DNA from: Chrysomallon squamiferum
Taxonomy: Eukaryota; Animalia; Mollusca
DNA: 64,000 nucleotides
Assembly: GCA_012295275.1 (NCBI GenBank)
Contig: CM022667.1
Location: forward strand, 11,408,001 to 11,472,000
Reading direction: 5' to 3'
Shown: positions 61,403 through 64,000 of the stretch, one piece after another
Position numbering within the stretch: the first letter of the stretch is position 1
Layout of the letters: every line of letters starts with the position of its first letter
Position numbers and translations under genes: made by a program
The notes under the pieces: model-generated
Databases searched by the model: none
Told to the model about the DNA's origin: nothing
The model's input: only the letters and a program-made list of their open reading frames with translations

Positions 61403-63660
61403 GGCGACCAAACCAGACGACATTTGTCAAAACAAATTTTCTAAAACGGAAGAACAAAAACGTCTGAAAGTGTTTTGCACATAGCTGCATTCTTATCCGG
61501 CATGTCGATCTCGGAAAACGCATGTTTGTCGAATGAAAGAATGAAACAGTCTTCAGATATCTTCGCAAAGAGCTGGATTCTCAAAGCAAGAAGATTGTCA
61601 AAAGCACTCGTGATGTCAGTAAAAATGTTGTATTTTGTTTGCAAGTCTTTTAGAGCTTAAATGGTTAAAAATTACAAAAAACGAAAGAGTGAAAAGTTGT
61701 TTGCTATTAGAGAGTGCAAAGATATGTGTTTATATATTCTTAAAAAATGTTTCTTTTATTTTTGTTTTTATTTCTTTTTTTTTTTTTTTTTTTTATTTAT
61801 TTTTTTTTTTCATAAAAGAAAAATAATAATAATAACAAAAATCAAAAATCAAACAAAAAAATCAAACAAAAACATCCAAAAAAAAACCCCAGCAACAAAC
61901 AAACATTTTGTTGTCTTTTTTTCCTCACTTTTAAAACTGTTTCTCTTGTTATACTGTTAGCCCGGGGATAGCATACATTATATTTTCCTTACTGGTAATT
62001 TTTACTGATTTGTTTATTAGTTACCATAACAATACTATGTGCCTTGTGAATCAGTTAATTTAAATTATCCATTGCCTAGTAATTTAATAAACGTAACCAT
62101 GAAATTCCTTAATTCATTCATTCATTCATTTTTTCGTTTGTTCTTTCATTATTTACTTAATTCGTCCAACATTGCAGATCTTGAAATCGTGAGAAACGAA
62201 ATCATTCTTATTGTCACTGTCATTGGTAAAGATCGTTATCTCATGTGGTTCGGTGTGAAAATGTCTTTAAGTCAACCCAATTACAGTGACGTCGATGTCG
62301 GCTGTTTATCAGATCCTGAAATACTTAGTAACTGTTCACGTTGACACTTTATAATCACCTTCACCTTCACCGTAACACCCATTTTAATATTCTTATTAAA
62401 ATGCCCTTTTTCGACATTTTTGTTTATACTTTTTCATTTCTTCCTTTTTTATTTAATATCTATCTTATTTTGTCATGCATTTCTTATTGTCGTATTTCTT
62501 GTTTTTAATGATATTGTTGCTGGTATCATTGTCGTTGTTATTACTGTTTTCTCATTGTTGTGTTGTCGCTGTTACTCTTGTCATTGTTATTATTGTCATC
62601 ATCGTCGACGTCGTCGTTGTTGTTTGGGTGTTTGAAAGAATAACGTACTTCAATAATGAATTATTTAATAATTTTAGTAAAGCCTTTGATTTCTGCTATA
62701 TCATCCAGGTGTTAAAATAATACAGAAAAGAAGAATTTACTACAAGTGATAAAACAATCTATTTTTAAGTTCTCTGTGCAATCTGAAGAACTATACCAAT
62801 GACCGATTTCAATATAAACACAAACATAAAGACACACACATACACTTAGACATACCTTCAAACACAAAAGCATTAACAGAGAGATATACAGTTTTTACGA
62901 TATTTGGCATCAGCGTAAGAACAACACTGCAACAAAGTTTAAACACAAACAGACATAAACATACGAACACATAAACACACATATATATACATGAACAAAC
63001 ACACCTACCTACACAAAAACATATTCACACATACACACACACAACGACAAATACACACACACACTCACACATACTCACATTATCAAAAATACATAGACAT
63101 ACACAAACACACATACACAAAACTCACACTGACGTATCCAATTTTCACGATATTTGTTCAAACTACACTGCAACAAAGTGCTTCACGGATCAAACTTCTC
63201 TGTTTATCAGTTTGCGATCTACAGCATTCAGTAAGTAATTCTTACAGACAAGAAACACAACAATTTACAACTGTTACTGGAAAAAAAACACAGAGTCCGC
63301 GGCATTTTTTTTAGCAAACTTTCTCTGTTTAATTACTCGCGGCAAGTGTAACAGCTTCTAAAACACTGTGTAGCCTTCTGCACGAATAATATTTATTTTA
63401 CTAATGCAAAATGCCAGCGTAGCCAAACTTGTAATAAACTCGAGTGTTTTTTCTATCAGTACCAGAATTGAGAAAGTAAACAGAATGAATTTGAAAACGT
63501 TTTTTCAGCTTCTTTTTTTAAAACTGCAGAAGATAAAAAAAAAAAAAAAAAAGATGTTTATGTATGTGTTTGTTGAAGAAACAATCTATTAAGCTGAACA
63601 GATGTTGTCGATATTACTGATTTAAAAGATGACTGTGTTTTCTGGTGGTGAGGCAATAAT

Positions 63661-63940
63661 GTACTTGGTGAAACAGTAATGTACTTCGTGAAATAGTAAT
63701 GTACTTCGTGAACTAGTAATGTACTTCGTGAACTAGTAATGTGCTTTGTGAACTAGTAACGTGCTTTGTGAACTAGTAATGTAGTTTGTGAAATAGTAAT
63801 GTAGTTCGTGAAATAGTAACGACCTTCGTGAAATAGCAATGTACTTCGTGAAATAGTAATGTACTTTGTGAAATAGTAACGTACTTTGTGAAATAGCAAT
63901 GTATTTCGTGAATTAATAAGCTGATTCGTGAAAACAGTAA
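63661..63940. repeat. 20-bp minisatellite, consensus gtacttcgtgaaatagtaat, about 13-14 copies
   Basis: Exact 20-nt period from 63661, decaying after about 63910. Confidence 0.95.
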
Positions 63941-64000
63941 GGTAGTACTGTACATTGTGAAACACTGATGTAATTCGCAATTCAGTAAAGTACTTCACGA

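Noticed and set aside
63661-63940. CRISPR-like array
   Set aside because: Head-to-tail 20-bp units with no unique spacers, no cas genes, eukaryotic context.

Overview
AT-rich, extremely microsatellite-dense eukaryotic (animal) genomic DNA. It is most likely molluscan and probably gastropod; this is inferred from repeat style and recalled SINE similarity, not from a search. None of the supplied ORFs looks like a real protein: most are translated microsatellites or low-complexity DNA. Reading splice sites on the minus strand reveals the 5' part of one large gene. Three phase-1 exons (48767-48746, 12972-12919, 5400-5233) splice in frame to MTFLWKIAGAYLLCLLTLIEAYKRKALAPEALRVRPPPMIQDYINPPCWNFTYGNWKKMEFYSPNYPNEYYNDTDCVLYLE. 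This is a signal peptide plus the start of a CUB domain, with the spacing of Neto/SOL-2 (neuropilin and tolloid-like, an ionotropic glutamate receptor auxiliary subunit). The rest of the gene lies left of the window. The ~35.8 kb first intron holds a ~360 bp long-range inverted repeat with a near-perfect core, convergent CTCF-like motifs, CRE/YY1/RFX-like motifs, decayed tRNA-SINE copies and a candidate internal promoter. Two further candidate phase-1 ATG leader exons (20887-20878, 61402-61348) could give alternative N-termini. No prokaryotic genes, CRISPR array, rRNA or intact tRNA are visible.
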